38,744 nt of DNA from a virus (taxonomy: Duplodnaviria; Heunggongvirae; Uroviricota; Caudoviricetes). The stretch is taken from IMG/VR virus record IMGVR_UViG_2703719354_000025, one strand, 5' to 3'. The notes beneath the pieces were generated by a model. That model was not told the DNA's origin and ran no database searches. It saw only the letters and a list, made by a program, of their open reading frames with translations. Both the position numbers and the translations under genes were made by a program. Below are positions 8,388 to 16,618 of the stretch, in pieces (position 1 is the first letter of the stretch; every line of letters starts with the position of its first letter).

Positions 8388-9318
8388 ATTAACCGGCTAT
8401 GTATGGGATGGTTGCGCTGCATCAGGCATGAAATTATCCAGCGTGGCAATTATGGCCCGCCTGGCTGATTTCAGTAATGACGAAGGTGTGTGCTGGCCAT
8501 CAATTGAAACCATTGCCCGTCAGATTGGCGCGGGGATGAGTACCGTCAGAACGGCTATCGCACGGCTGGAAGCAGAAGGCTGGTTAACGCGTAAGGCGCG
8601 TCGCCAGGGTAACCGCAATGCGTCGAATGTTTATCAGCTTAACGTTGCGAAGCTTCAGGCAGCGGCATTTTCTCAACTGTCAGATTCTGACCCGTCAAAA
8701 TCTGACGCATCAAAATCTGACCCGTCAAAATTTGATGCGTCGAAATCAGGCAAAAAAGCGGGTTTTCACCCGTCAGAATCTGGCGGGGATCCGTCAGTAA
8801 AATCAAAACATGATCCGTCAGATAAAAAACCTTCTCGTCCGGACGCTTCGCAACCGGACACGCAGACGGCTGAACAGGATTTTTTAACTCGCCATCCTGA
8901 TGCGGTTGTATTCAGCCCTAAAAAGCGCCAGTGGGGGACGCAGGATGATTTGACCTGCGCACAGTGGCTCTGGAAAAAAATCATCGCCCTGTACGAGCAG
9001 GCTGCCGAATGTGACGGCGAGGTGGTTCGTCCCAAAGAACCGAACTGGACAGCCTGGGCAAACGAAATTCGCCTGATGTGTGTGCAGGATGGTCGTACTC
9101 ACAAACAAATCTGCGAGATGTACAGCCGCGTCAGCCGCGATCCGTTCTGGTGCCGTAACGTGCTCAGCCCGTCGAAGCTGCGGGAAAAATGGGATGAGCT
9201 TTCCCTGCGCTTATCGCCGTCCGTCAGCACGTACACAGAAAAACGCGAAGACCCGTACTTCAAAGCCAGTTACGACAATGTGGACTACAGCCAGATCCCG
9301 GCAGGATTCAGGGGGTGA
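8377..9318 (+). CDS. replication initiator, lambda O-like (N-terminal HTH, iteron-encoding linker)
   Basis: 313 aa; N-terminal MSTKLTGYVWDG...WPSIETIARQIGAGMSTVRTAIARLEAEGWL resembles replication protein O N-termini; the central DPSKSDASKSDPSKFDASKS repeat is encoded by DNA iterons. Confidence 0.8.
   Translation: MSTKLTGYVWDGCAASGMKLSSVAIMARLADFSNDEGVCWPSIETIARQIGAGMSTVRTAIARLEAEGWLTRKARRQGNRNASNVYQLNVAKLQAAAFSQLSDSDPSKSDASKSDPSKFDASKSGKKAGFHPSESGGDPSVKSKHDPSDKKPSRPDASQPDTQTAEQDFLTRHPDAVVFSPKKRQWGTQDDLTCAQWLWKKIIALYEQAAECDGEVVRPKEPNWTAWANEIRLMCVQDGRTHKQICEMYSRVSRDPFWCRNVLSPSKLREKWDELSLRLSPSVSTYTEKREDPYFKASYDNVDYSQIPAGFRG
8679..8830. repeat. ori iterons inside the O-like gene
   Basis: Tandem approx. 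15-bp repeats CCGTCAAAATCTGAC / GCATCAAAATCTGAC / CCGTCAAAATTTGAT / GCGTCGAAATCAGGC / CCGTCAGAATCTGGC / CCGTCAGTAAAATCA / CCGTCAGATAAAAAAC. Confidence 0.7.
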
Positions 9319-9320
9319 GC

Positions 9321-9809
9321 ATGAGTCTTTTGAATGACGTTCAGAAATTCATTGAAGCCCATCCGGGCTGTACTTCCGGAGACATTGCGGATGCTTTTGC
9401 AGGTTACTCACGGCAGCGCGTTCTGCAGTCAGCAAGCAAGTTACGTCAGAGTGGGCGTGTGGCTCACCGTTGTGAAGGAGATACACACAGACATTTCCCG
9501 CGCCTGACTGAGAGAGCGCAGGATCCGGAACCACAACCAGTTCGTGAAACCAGACCTGTGCGCAATTTCTATGTCGGCACTAACGATCCACGGGTGATTT
9601 TGTGCCTGACCCGCCAGGCTGAAGAACTGGAGTCCAGGGGCTTATACCGTCGTGCTGCAACCGTGTGGATGGCGGCATTCCGTGAAAGCCACTCCCAGTC
9701 AGAACGAAACAATTTTCTGGCGCGCCGTGAGCGGTGCTTACGGAAAAGCAGCAAGCGCGCTGCATCGGGTGAAGAGTGGTATCTGTCAGGGAATTACGTG
9801 GGGGCTTAA
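9321..9809 (+). CDS. hypothetical phage protein (162 aa), possible winged-helix N-terminus
   Basis: ATG at 9321 preceded by AGGGGG; the ORF-track start at 9315 is GTG. Occupies the position after O; no confident family. Confidence 0.55.
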   Translation: MSLLNDVQKFIEAHPGCTSGDIADAFAGYSRQRVLQSASKLRQSGRVAHRCEGDTHRHFPRLTERAQDPEPQPVRETRPVRNFYVGTNDPRVILCLTRQAEELESRGLYRRAATVWMAAFRESHSQSERNNFLARRERCLRKSSKRAASGEEWYLSGNYVGA

Positions 9810-10462
9810 TGAGTAATAAATATTGCCAGGCGCTGGTGGAACTGCGGAACAAACCAGCCCATGAACTGAAGGAAGTGGGCGATCAGTGGCGCACGCCGGA
9901 CAACATTTTCTGTGGAATTAACACCCTGTTTGGCCCGTTTGTTCTGGATCTGTTTACTGACGGTGATAACGCCAAATGTGCCGCGTATTACACGGCGGAA
10001 GATAACGCGCTGGCGCATGACTGGTCAGAACGTCTTGCGGAGCTTAAAGGTGCTGCCTTTGGTAATCCCCCATACAGCCGCGCCAGTCAGCATGAGGGGC
10101 AATACATCACCGGCATGCGTTACATCATGAAACATGCCAGTGCCATGCGTGATAAGGGCGGGCGCTATGTTTTCCTGATCAAAGCTGCCACCAGCGAAGT
10201 GTGGTGGCCGGAAGATGCGGACCATATTGCTTTTATTCGCGGGCGTATTGGTTTTGAACTGCCTGCCTGGTTTATCCCGAAGGATGAGAAGCAGGTGCCG
10301 ACAGGCGCTTTCTTCGCTGGTGCTATTGCTGTTTTCGACAAGACCTGGAAGGGACCGGCAATCAGCTACATCGGGCGCGATGAACTTGAGGCATGTGGTG
10401 AAGCCTTTCTGGTGCAGGTTCGCCAGCAGGCGGAAAAACTGGTCAGGGAGATGGCGGCATGA
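9809..10462 (+). CDS. phage DNA N6-adenine methyltransferase (Dam-like)
   Basis: Start ATG at 9809 overlaps the upstream stop (TAATG). Translation contains WRTPDNIF...DLFTDGDNAKCAAYYT...GAAFGNPPYSR (NPPY catalytic motif of N6-adenine MTases). Confidence 0.85.
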   Translation: MSNKYCQALVELRNKPAHELKEVGDQWRTPDNIFCGINTLFGPFVLDLFTDGDNAKCAAYYTAEDNALAHDWSERLAELKGAAFGNPPYSRASQHEGQYITGMRYIMKHASAMRDKGGRYVFLIKAATSEVWWPEDADHIAFIRGRIGFELPAWFIPKDEKQVPTGAFFAGAIAVFDKTWKGPAISYIGRDELEACGEAFLVQVRQQAEKLVREMAA

Positions 10463-10785
10463 CGACGTTAACTCAATGCCAGCAGCAGGTGCTGGATATG
10501 CTGATTTCTTACCAGAAAGAGCGTGGCTTTCCGCCAACCAATCAGGAGGTGGCAACCATGCTGGGATACCGTTCAGTGAATGCAGCGGTAGAGCATCTTC
10601 GTGCACTGGAGAAAAAAGGCGTCATCACGATAAAGCGTGGCGTGGCCCGGGGGATAACGCTTCATACCGCGGTGAAGGACGACGACAGCGAGGCGGTCGG
10701 GATTATCCGCGCACTGCTTGCCGGTGAGGAAAACGCCAGGCTGCGTGCAGCCCACTGGTTACATGAGAGAGGCCTGAAAGTATGA
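10459..10785 (+). CDS. LexA N-terminal DNA-binding-domain protein lacking the peptidase domain (108 aa)
   Basis: MTTLTQCQQQVLDMLISYQKERGFPPTNQEVATMLGYRSVNAAVEHLRALEKKGVITIKRGVARGITL aligns by eye with the LexA winged-helix domain ([58 protein letters not shown]...); no Ser/Lys catalytic domain follows. Confidence 0.75.
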   Translation: MTTLTQCQQQVLDMLISYQKERGFPPTNQEVATMLGYRSVNAAVEHLRALEKKGVITIKRGVARGITLHTAVKDDDSEAVGIIRALLAGEENARLRAAHWLHERGLKV

Positions 10786-11171
10786 AGCTGATCTTGCCTT
10801 TCCCGCCCAGCGTGAACACGTACTGGCGACACCCCAACAAAGGGGCGTTTGCTGGTAAGAGCCTGATAAGCGCGGCGGGGCGAAAATTCCAGAGCGCGGC
10901 GTGTGCAGCAATAGTTGAGCAGTTACGTCGTCTGCCGAAACCAACGTCGGCACCTGCTTCAGTGGAGATCGTGTTGTTTCCTCCGGATAACCGGATCCGC
11001 GATCTGGACAACTATAACAAGGCGCTGTTTGACGCCCTGACCCACGCGGGTGTGTGGGAAGACGACAGTCAGGTGAAAAGAATGCTGGTGGAGTGGGGAC
11101 CGGTTATCCCGGAAGGGAAGGTCGAGATCACTATCAGTAAGTACGAGAAAACGGCGGGTGCAGCCGCCTGA
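10782..11171 (+). CDS. rusA: Holliday junction resolvase RusA
   Basis: 129 aa; MKLILPFPPSVNTYWRH...NRIRDLDNYNKALFDALTHAGVWEDDSQV matches the RusA family pattern, including the catalytic Asp-rich region. Confidence 0.9.
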   Translation: MKLILPFPPSVNTYWRHPNKGAFAGKSLISAAGRKFQSAACAAIVEQLRRLPKPTSAPASVEIVLFPPDNRIRDLDNYNKALFDALTHAGVWEDDSQVKRMLVEWGPVIPEGKVEITISKYEKTAGAAA

Positions 11172-11190
11172 TTAAGAGGAGAAACGAAGT

Positions 11191-12000
11191 ATGAATAATC
11201 TGATGGTCATTGATGGTATTGAAGTTCGTCGTGATGCTTATGGGCGTTACAGCCTGAACGATCTGCATCGCGCAGCAGTAGCATCTGGTGCAAATGCCAG
11301 AACCAAGGAGCCGGGAAAGTTTCTTTCCAGCCAACAAACTGTTGAGCTTGTTCATGAATTGACCAACACCCAGAATTTGGGTGTTGACCCGGTGAGTGTG
11401 ATTCATGGGGGAAATGAACGGGGAACGTATGTCTGCAAGGAACTGGTGTATGCCTATGCAATGTGGATCAGCCCGTCATTCCATCTGAAGGTGATCCGTA
11501 CTTTCGATATGGTAACCAGCGCACCGGAAAAATTATCCGGACAGGCTGCTGACAAGATGCAGGCTGGCGTGATCCTGCTGGACTTTATGCGCCGGGAGTT
11601 AAACCTGTCTAACTCTTCAGTGCTTGGTGCCTGTCAGAAACTCCAGGAGGCTGTTGGCTTACCGAATCTGGCACCGCGCTATGCCATTGATGCTCCTGCT
11701 GACGCGCCTGATGGCTCAAGCCGCCCCACGCTGTCATTGAGTGCACTGCTGAAGCAGTATGGTATCCGCCTGACGGCTAATCAGGCATATCACCAGATGG
11801 TGAAGCTGGGGATCGTCGAGCAGCGAGAACGGTACAGCCGTACCACGATTAACAACATCAAAAAATTCTGGTCGCTGACAGCGAAAGGCTGCATGTTCGG
11901 CAAGAATATCACCAGTCCCGCAAATCCGCGCGAGACGCAGCCGCACTTCTTCGAATCCCGATTCCCTGAGCTGTTAAAGCTGCTCGATACCGTTCATTGA
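11191..12000 (+). CDS. KilA-N domain protein (putative antirepressor-like)
   Basis: N-terminal IDGIEVRRDAYGRYSLNDLHRAA... is a KilA-N-type DNA-binding domain; RBS AAGAGGAG. Confidence 0.7.
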   Translation: MNNLMVIDGIEVRRDAYGRYSLNDLHRAAVASGANARTKEPGKFLSSQQTVELVHELTNTQNLGVDPVSVIHGGNERGTYVCKELVYAYAMWISPSFHLKVIRTFDMVTSAPEKLSGQAADKMQAGVILLDFMRRELNLSNSSVLGACQKLQEAVGLPNLAPRYAIDAPADAPDGSSRPTLSLSALLKQYGIRLTANQAYHQMVKLGIVEQRERYSRTTINNIKKFWSLTAKGCMFGKNITSPANPRETQPHFFESRFPELLKLLDTVH

Positions 12001-12001
12001 G

Positions 12002-12997
12002 GTGACCGTGAGAGCACTACTGACCCCTGAAATTGCCCCGCGTATGGGGATCGTATTGTTCAGACCAGGTTCAGAGCTGATGCCCCTGTTTATGCAGGGG
12101 CGTGTCCTGCTGGAGCCTGAGCCGGAACGTTATTCATCTTTCGCCAGTGGTGCCGTTCCGGCGGCATCACAACCGCTGGCGGATGATCCTGCCGTTCAGG
12201 CCGTGTTCCGCAATGAGGCAGTGATCCGTCGTGCTGGTGGCGTGGAATGTCTTGAAAGCTGGTTACTTCGTGAAAAAGGCTGCCAGTGGCCTCATTCCGA
12301 CTGGCACAGCGAGAACATGACCACAATGCGACACGCTCCGGGCGCAATCCGTCTGTGCTGGCACTGCGATAACCAGCTGCGCGATCAGTTCACGGAACGG
12401 CTGGAATCAATGGCAACGGATAACTGTGCCCGCTGGGTGTTGTCTGTTGTGCGTCGGGATCTCGGTTTTGATGACAGTCACGTTGTGACAATGCCGGAAC
12501 TGTGCTGGTGGCTGATTCGTAATGATCTGGCGGATGCCTTACCGGAAAGTGCAGCCCGTAAGGCACTGAGATTACCGAAGCCTGTTGTGCCGTCTGTTAC
12601 CCGGGAAAGTGACCTTGTGCCTTCGGTTCCTGCCACCAGCATCATCCAGGATAAGGCGAAAAAGGTGCTGGCGCTGAAAGTGGATCCGGAGTCGCCGGAG
12701 TCTTTTATGTTACGCCCAAAACGTCGCCGCTGGGTTAATGAAAAGTACACGCGCTGGGTTAAGACACAGCCGTGTGCATGTTGTGGAAAGCCTGCTGATG
12801 ATCCCCACCACTTGATAGGCCACGGTCAGGGTGGGATGGGTACAAAAGCGCATGACCTCTTTGTGTTGCCTTTGTGCAGAAAGCATCACGACGAGCTGCA
12901 TGCGGATACCGTGGCATTTGAAGAGAAGTATGGCTCCCAGCTGGAGCTGATATTTCGTTTTATCGATCGTGCGCTGGCAATTGGCGTGCTGGCCTGA
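12002..12997 (+). CDS. DUF968-like phage protein with C-terminal HNH-type Zn-finger nuclease motif
   Basis: C-terminal CACCGKPADDPHHLIGHGQGGMGTKAHDLFVLPLCRKHHDELH (Cys pairs plus His); GTG start per ORF track. Confidence 0.6.
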   Translation: MTVRALLTPEIAPRMGIVLFRPGSELMPLFMQGRVLLEPEPERYSSFASGAVPAASQPLADDPAVQAVFRNEAVIRRAGGVECLESWLLREKGCQWPHSDWHSENMTTMRHAPGAIRLCWHCDNQLRDQFTERLESMATDNCARWVLSVVRRDLGFDDSHVVTMPELCWWLIRNDLADALPESAARKALRLPKPVVPSVTRESDLVPSVPATSIIQDKAKKVLALKVDPESPESFMLRPKRRRWVNEKYTRWVKTQPCACCGKPADDPHHLIGHGQGGMGTKAHDLFVLPLCRKHHDELHADTVAFEEKYGSQLELIFRFIDRALAIGVLA

Positions 12998-13014
12998 TTT
13001 TGTGGAGAAAGTTG

Positions 13015-13362
13015 ATGCGTGATATGTATGAAGTGATGGATCGTTGGGGAGCTTGGGCTGCTTCAGACAATAGCGGAGTGGACTGGCAACCGGTAGCCGC
13101 TGGCTTCAAGGGGCTTTTACCTCATGGCAAAAAGTCCCGGATTCAGTGTGATGATGATGAGGGGCTCATGATCGATGGGTGCGTAGCTAGATTAAGAAAG
13201 TACAAACCAGAAGAGTATGAATTAGTTATAGCCCATTTTGTGGTAGGGATTTCATTGCGAGCCATTGCTAAGAAGAGAAAGTGTTCGGATGGGACTATCA
13301 GGAAAGAGTTGCAAACATCGCTTGGTTTCATTGAAGGCATTGTTTGCACTCTTGCCTGTTAA
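13015..13362 (+). CDS. late-gene antiterminator Q (small QuuD-like Q family)
   Basis: ATG at 13015 with GGAG upstream (the ORF-track start at 13000 is TTG); C-terminal HTH-like ELVIAHFVVGISLRAIAKKRKCSDGTIRKEL; positioned just upstream of the late promoter/terminator and lysis genes. Confidence 0.6.
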   Translation: MRDMYEVMDRWGAWAASDNSGVDWQPVAAGFKGLLPHGKKSRIQCDDDEGLMIDGCVARLRKYKPEEYELVIAHFVVGISLRAIAKKRKCSDGTIRKELQTSLGFIEGIVCTLAC

Positions 13363-13383
13363 CTATTCTTAACTGTCTTCTAG

Positions 13384-14268
13384 TTATATTGGGCGCTTTG
13401 AATTCGATTTAAAGCGTCTTCCACTTATCCCTGAAATCCAAATGTCTTCCTCAAGAAAGTCAAGAAGGGCTTTTATTTCTTTTTTTGATGAAGGCATGAC
13501 AATTTTCTCAACACCGCCAACTATTATGGTTTGTAAGGGGAAATTGACTTTAGCAGCTTCGGATTTAAACTTTGACATATTTTGGGGTGTTAGCATCCCA
13601 GTCTGATTTATTAGTGTTACTTTATTTCTTATCACTGTATCTGCAACGGATTTTAGATCAAAACCTTGGGGAGTAGAAAATACACTAAGTTGACTAAATG
13701 CATTAAGTTCTTGGTCAGTAGCAGCAGAAAAATAGGACGACATGTCAAAAATGCTTCTTAGATTAAAGAAACTCTTAAATCGTATTGTATCATTGATAAT
13801 TATTGCAACTAGTTTATCATCAACATTAAAACCGATGCTATTAGCTTTACTAAAGGTAGTTTTGCTTGCAAAAAGCTTTCCAAAGAATGATTTTGAGGTA
13901 TCTAAGATTTGTTTTTTGTTGAAGGTTTGTAGCGCAATAATATTGGGGTTTGCTGGCGCGTCAACACCAACAAATAATGCTTTAATATAACCAATATCAA
14001 TTTGGCTGGGATCCCAGACAGGCACGGCGGTAGGCCTATTGACTGCGTCAATCAGGCGTGCAGAATCAGTAAAGTTTTGTATTTCAAAACACTCACTATG
14101 TTTTGGTGTATAACCGGCATAGAATGGTATCATATTGTTATGATGACTTTCAAAATATTGACGCTGTTGTTGGAAAATGGCCGTAACAGAAGTACTTGCT
14201 GTTGCATCAAGTTCGACTCTAACAATTCTCGTTGCAATTGTATTATCTATTACTGCAAAAAGTGCCAT
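13384..14268 (-). CDS. unknown 294-aa soluble protein, AT-rich moron gene (downstream gene of a 2-gene cassette)
   Basis: ATG at 14268 with AAGGA RBS; 5-bp gap from the upstream membrane gene; AT-rich codon usage; no motif recognised. Confidence 0.6.
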   Translation of the reverse strand: MALFAVIDNTIATRIVRVELDATASTSVTAIFQQQRQYFESHHNNMIPFYAGYTPKHSECFEIQNFTDSARLIDAVNRPTAVPVWDPSQIDIGYIKALFVGVDAPANPNIIALQTFNKKQILDTSKSFFGKLFASKTTFSKANSIGFNVDDKLVAIIINDTIRFKSFFNLRSIFDMSSYFSAATDQELNAFSQLSVFSTPQGFDLKSVADTVIRNKVTLINQTGMLTPQNMSKFKSEAAKVNFPLQTIIVGGVEKIVMPSSKKEIKALLDFLEEDIWISGISGRRFKSNSKRPI

Positions 14269-14273
14269 GGTTA

Positions 14274-14795
14274 TTATCCTTTAACATGTAGAAATGTGTA
14301 GTCTGTTAATTGAATAACTGTAAATTTGATATCTTTAATATCAGTAATGACTGATTTAGAAATCAATACAAAACCTACGCCGGTGTCATCTTCAGCTTCG
14401 TAAAATTTATAACCGATAAGTGACAATACTGGGTTAAAGTTATAGTTCTCGGAAAAGCTGATGTAAAATAACAATGACAAATAAAAGAATAACGCATATG
14501 CTTTATTTTCAGCAATAGAGTCTGTTCCTAGGAGAGGGAATAAATAGCTTAAGAAATAATTAGTTACTTCTTTGTTAGCGGGAGAAACTGAACTAATATT
14601 TTTTGTCAGAGGTTCAAGTTGTTTCTCAGCATATTGAATCAGGCCTATTGCTAATAACCAACTTGCTATGCCAACGCATAAGCTATATTGCATCAGCCAA
14701 ACCGTATCTTTTACATATCCAATAAAAAATAGAGTTGCGCAAACAGGTGCAATTGAGCTTGCTGTTAATAATAAGCGTGCTAATTTGTTCATCAT
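14274..14795 (-). CDS. unknown 173-aa integral membrane protein (about 4 TM helices), AT-rich moron gene
   Basis: ATG at 14795 with AAGGA RBS; four hydrophobic stretches (LLLTASSIAPVCATLFFIGYV, YSLCVGIASWLLAIGLIQY, NYFLSYLFPLLG, AYALFFYLSLLFYISF) followed by a soluble C-terminal tail of about 55 aa. Confidence 0.6.
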   Translation of the reverse strand: MMNKLARLLLTASSIAPVCATLFFIGYVKDTVWLMQYSLCVGIASWLLAIGLIQYAEKQLEPLTKNISSVSPANKEVTNYFLSYLFPLLGTDSIAENKAYALFFYLSLLFYISFSENYNFNPVLSLIGYKFYEAEDDTGVGFVLISKSVITDIKDIKFTVIQLTDYTFLHVKG

Positions 14796-14954
14796 GATAT
14801 CCTTTGTACTGTTTATGCATACAGCACTTTACATCATGTACTCCAAAGTATCTATCTTGTGAAGAATCTTACACTAAATACTACAGAAAAAGTTAACGCG
14901 TACGCAAAAAGTATTATATCGTGTTAAGAGTGGTTACTTCGCCACACAGCTTAA

Positions 14955-14985
14955 ACCCGCCATTGAGCGGGTTTTGTCGTTTTTG
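14955..14985 (+). terminator. tR'-like rho-independent terminator downstream of a probable Q-dependent late promoter
   Basis: CCCGC-CATTGAG-CGGG stem-loop followed by TTTTGTCGTTTTT, about 140 bp upstream of the holin start; candidate promoter elements in 14890-14925 (TTAACG ... TATATC). Confidence 0.55.
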
Positions 14986-15125
14986 GGCCTAGGGATTCGT
15001 TGGGCCTGGTCTATCCCGCAGTTATCCATTGGCTCGGCTTCTTTGACGTTTCCGCTTCTGATTTGCGGTACATGATGTTCCCTCAATTTGCACCTCCTGT
15101 ATTGCGAGGTGAGAGATAACTACAA

Positions 15126-15452
15126 ATGCCTCATAACCCAAATACCTGGCTGGAGTTGGTCCAGAGCTGGTGGCGTGGAGACACACCGCTGGGCGCAGTG
15201 ATTATGTCGATCGTTATGGCTGGCTTGCGCATTGCCTATTTTGGCGGTGGTGGTGGCTGGAAGCGAAAAACGCTCGAGATTTTGCTCTGTGGCGCTTTGA
15301 CGCTGACCTTTGCATCCGCTCTTGAGTATGTCGGATGGCCTAAATCGCTTTCTGTTGCCATTGGTGGCGGTGTTGGGCTGATCGGTGTCGATGCTATTCG
15401 TGGGGCTGCAATGCGAGTAATCGGTAACAAATTTGGTAGCACGAAGGAGTAA
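15126..15452 (+). CDS. holin
   Basis: 108-aa protein with hydrophobic segments and charged C-terminus, immediately upstream of the endolysin. Confidence 0.8.
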   Translation: MPHNPNTWLELVQSWWRGDTPLGAVIMSIVMAGLRIAYFGGGGGWKRKTLEILLCGALTLTFASALEYVGWPKSLSVAIGGGVGLIGVDAIRGAAMRVIGNKFGSTKE

Positions 15453-15455
15453 TTT

Positions 15456-15932
15456 ATGCAGGTACTAAATTCCCAGCGTAAAGCTTTCCTCGATATGGTG
15501 GCATGGTCAGAAGGAACGGATAACGGGCGACAACCGACACGTAACCACGGTTATGATGTTATTGTCGGTGGAGAACTCTTCACTGATTACTCCGATCACC
15601 CTCGCAAACTTGTCACGCTAAACCCCAAACTCAAATCAACAGCGGCCGGACGTTACCAGCTTCTTTCCCGTTGGTGGGATGCTTACCGCAAGCAGTTAGG
15701 GCTGACAGACTTCTCTCCTAAAAGCCAGGATGCTGTTGCATTACAGCAGATTAAAGAGCGTGGCGCTTTACCGATGATTGATCGCGGCGATATTCGTCAG
15801 GCTATCGATCGTTGCAGCAATATCTGGGCGTCGTTACCTGGTGCAGGTTACGGTCAGTATGAACATAAAATCGGTGACCTGATTTCCCGTTTTAAAGAGG
15901 CTGGTGGGGTGGTAAATGAAGTTGAGCTATAA
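15456..15932 (+). CDS. R: endolysin, lambda R-like lytic transglycosylase
   Basis: Translation near-identical over most of its length to lambda R as I remember it (NSQRKAFLDMVAWSEGTDNGRQPTRNHGYDVIVGGELFTDYSDHPRKLVTLNPKLKST...GALPMIDRGDIRQAIDRCSNIWASLPGAGYGQ); AAGGAG RBS. Confidence 0.95.
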   Translation: MQVLNSQRKAFLDMVAWSEGTDNGRQPTRNHGYDVIVGGELFTDYSDHPRKLVTLNPKLKSTAAGRYQLLSRWWDAYRKQLGLTDFSPKSQDAVALQQIKERGALPMIDRGDIRQAIDRCSNIWASLPGAGYGQYEHKIGDLISRFKEAGGVVNEVEL

Positions 15933-16308
15933 GCTGGCTATCTCTGCATTCTTCTTTACTGTCATCGGTTCTTTCATCTGGTCTGCCAACCACTACTACA
16001 GCAAATATCAGCACGAAAAGAAACGTGCTGATGAGGCTGTACGAAATGCTGAATCAGCAACAGCCATTACCAATAACGTCCTGCAATCACTACAAATCGT
16101 CAATACAGTTCTGGAGGCTAACCAGCATGCAAAACAGCAGATCGCACTGGAGTCACAGAGAACCCAGGAAGATATCAAAGTGGCTGTTGAGAATGATGAT
16201 TGCGCTTCACGTGCTGTGCCTGCTGCCGCTGCTGACCGGTTGCGGAAGTACGCGGACAGTTTACGTGCAGGTTCCAACGATGCCGTTACCGGCGAACCTG
16301 CTCGCTGA
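15916..16308 (+). CDS. Rz: i-spanin Rz
   Basis: 130 aa with N-terminal TM segment (LAISAFFFTVIGSFIWSA) and coiled-coil-like remainder; start overlaps the end of the endolysin. Confidence 0.8.
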   Translation: MKLSYKLAISAFFFTVIGSFIWSANHYYSKYQHEKKRADEAVRNAESATAITNNVLQSLQIVNTVLEANQHAKQQIALESQRTQEDIKVAVENDDCASRAVPAAAADRLRKYADSLRAGSNDAVTGEPAR

Positions 16309-16468
16309 AACTCCACAGCCAGTTATCCCCAATCCTCTGACTTATGGAGGTAGCCTAGATTTAAATGTCAGTTTATTGTCGGCATTATGGCAGTGCAATT
16401 TGGATAAAGCGGGGATTAGAAAGATAGAGGCGAGCCGGTCAGGTAGAAGTGAATCAGGCTCAAAGTGA
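16193..16468 (+). CDS. Rz1: o-spanin Rz1 lipoprotein, +1 frame, overlapping the Rz 3' end
   Basis: MMIALHVLCLLPLLTGCGS... signal peptide with lipobox LTGC, Pro-rich mature part; begins inside Rz and extends 160 nt beyond the Rz stop. Confidence 0.6.
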   Translation: MMIALHVLCLLPLLTGCGSTRTVYVQVPTMPLPANLLAETPQPVIPNPLTYGGSLDLNVSLLSALWQCNLDKAGIRKIEASRSGRSESGSK

Positions 16469-16618
16469 AGCGGAAAAGCTCTTTGGCATAAGGTGACGTA
16501 ATAATAATTACAGTCAACTGACTTTTGGAACGAAACATGTTTAACCTCCTTAATTGGTGTTATTCGAGTGATGAAGGCATTCTGTCCTTCTGTAGTGTCC
16601 AGTAAATCAAACAGGAAA

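Noticed and set aside
10025-11011. Minus-strand ORFs (193 aa, 102 aa) across the Dam, LexA-like and rusA genes
   Set aside because: Antisense to three consecutive plus-strand genes with good RBSs and recognisable domains.
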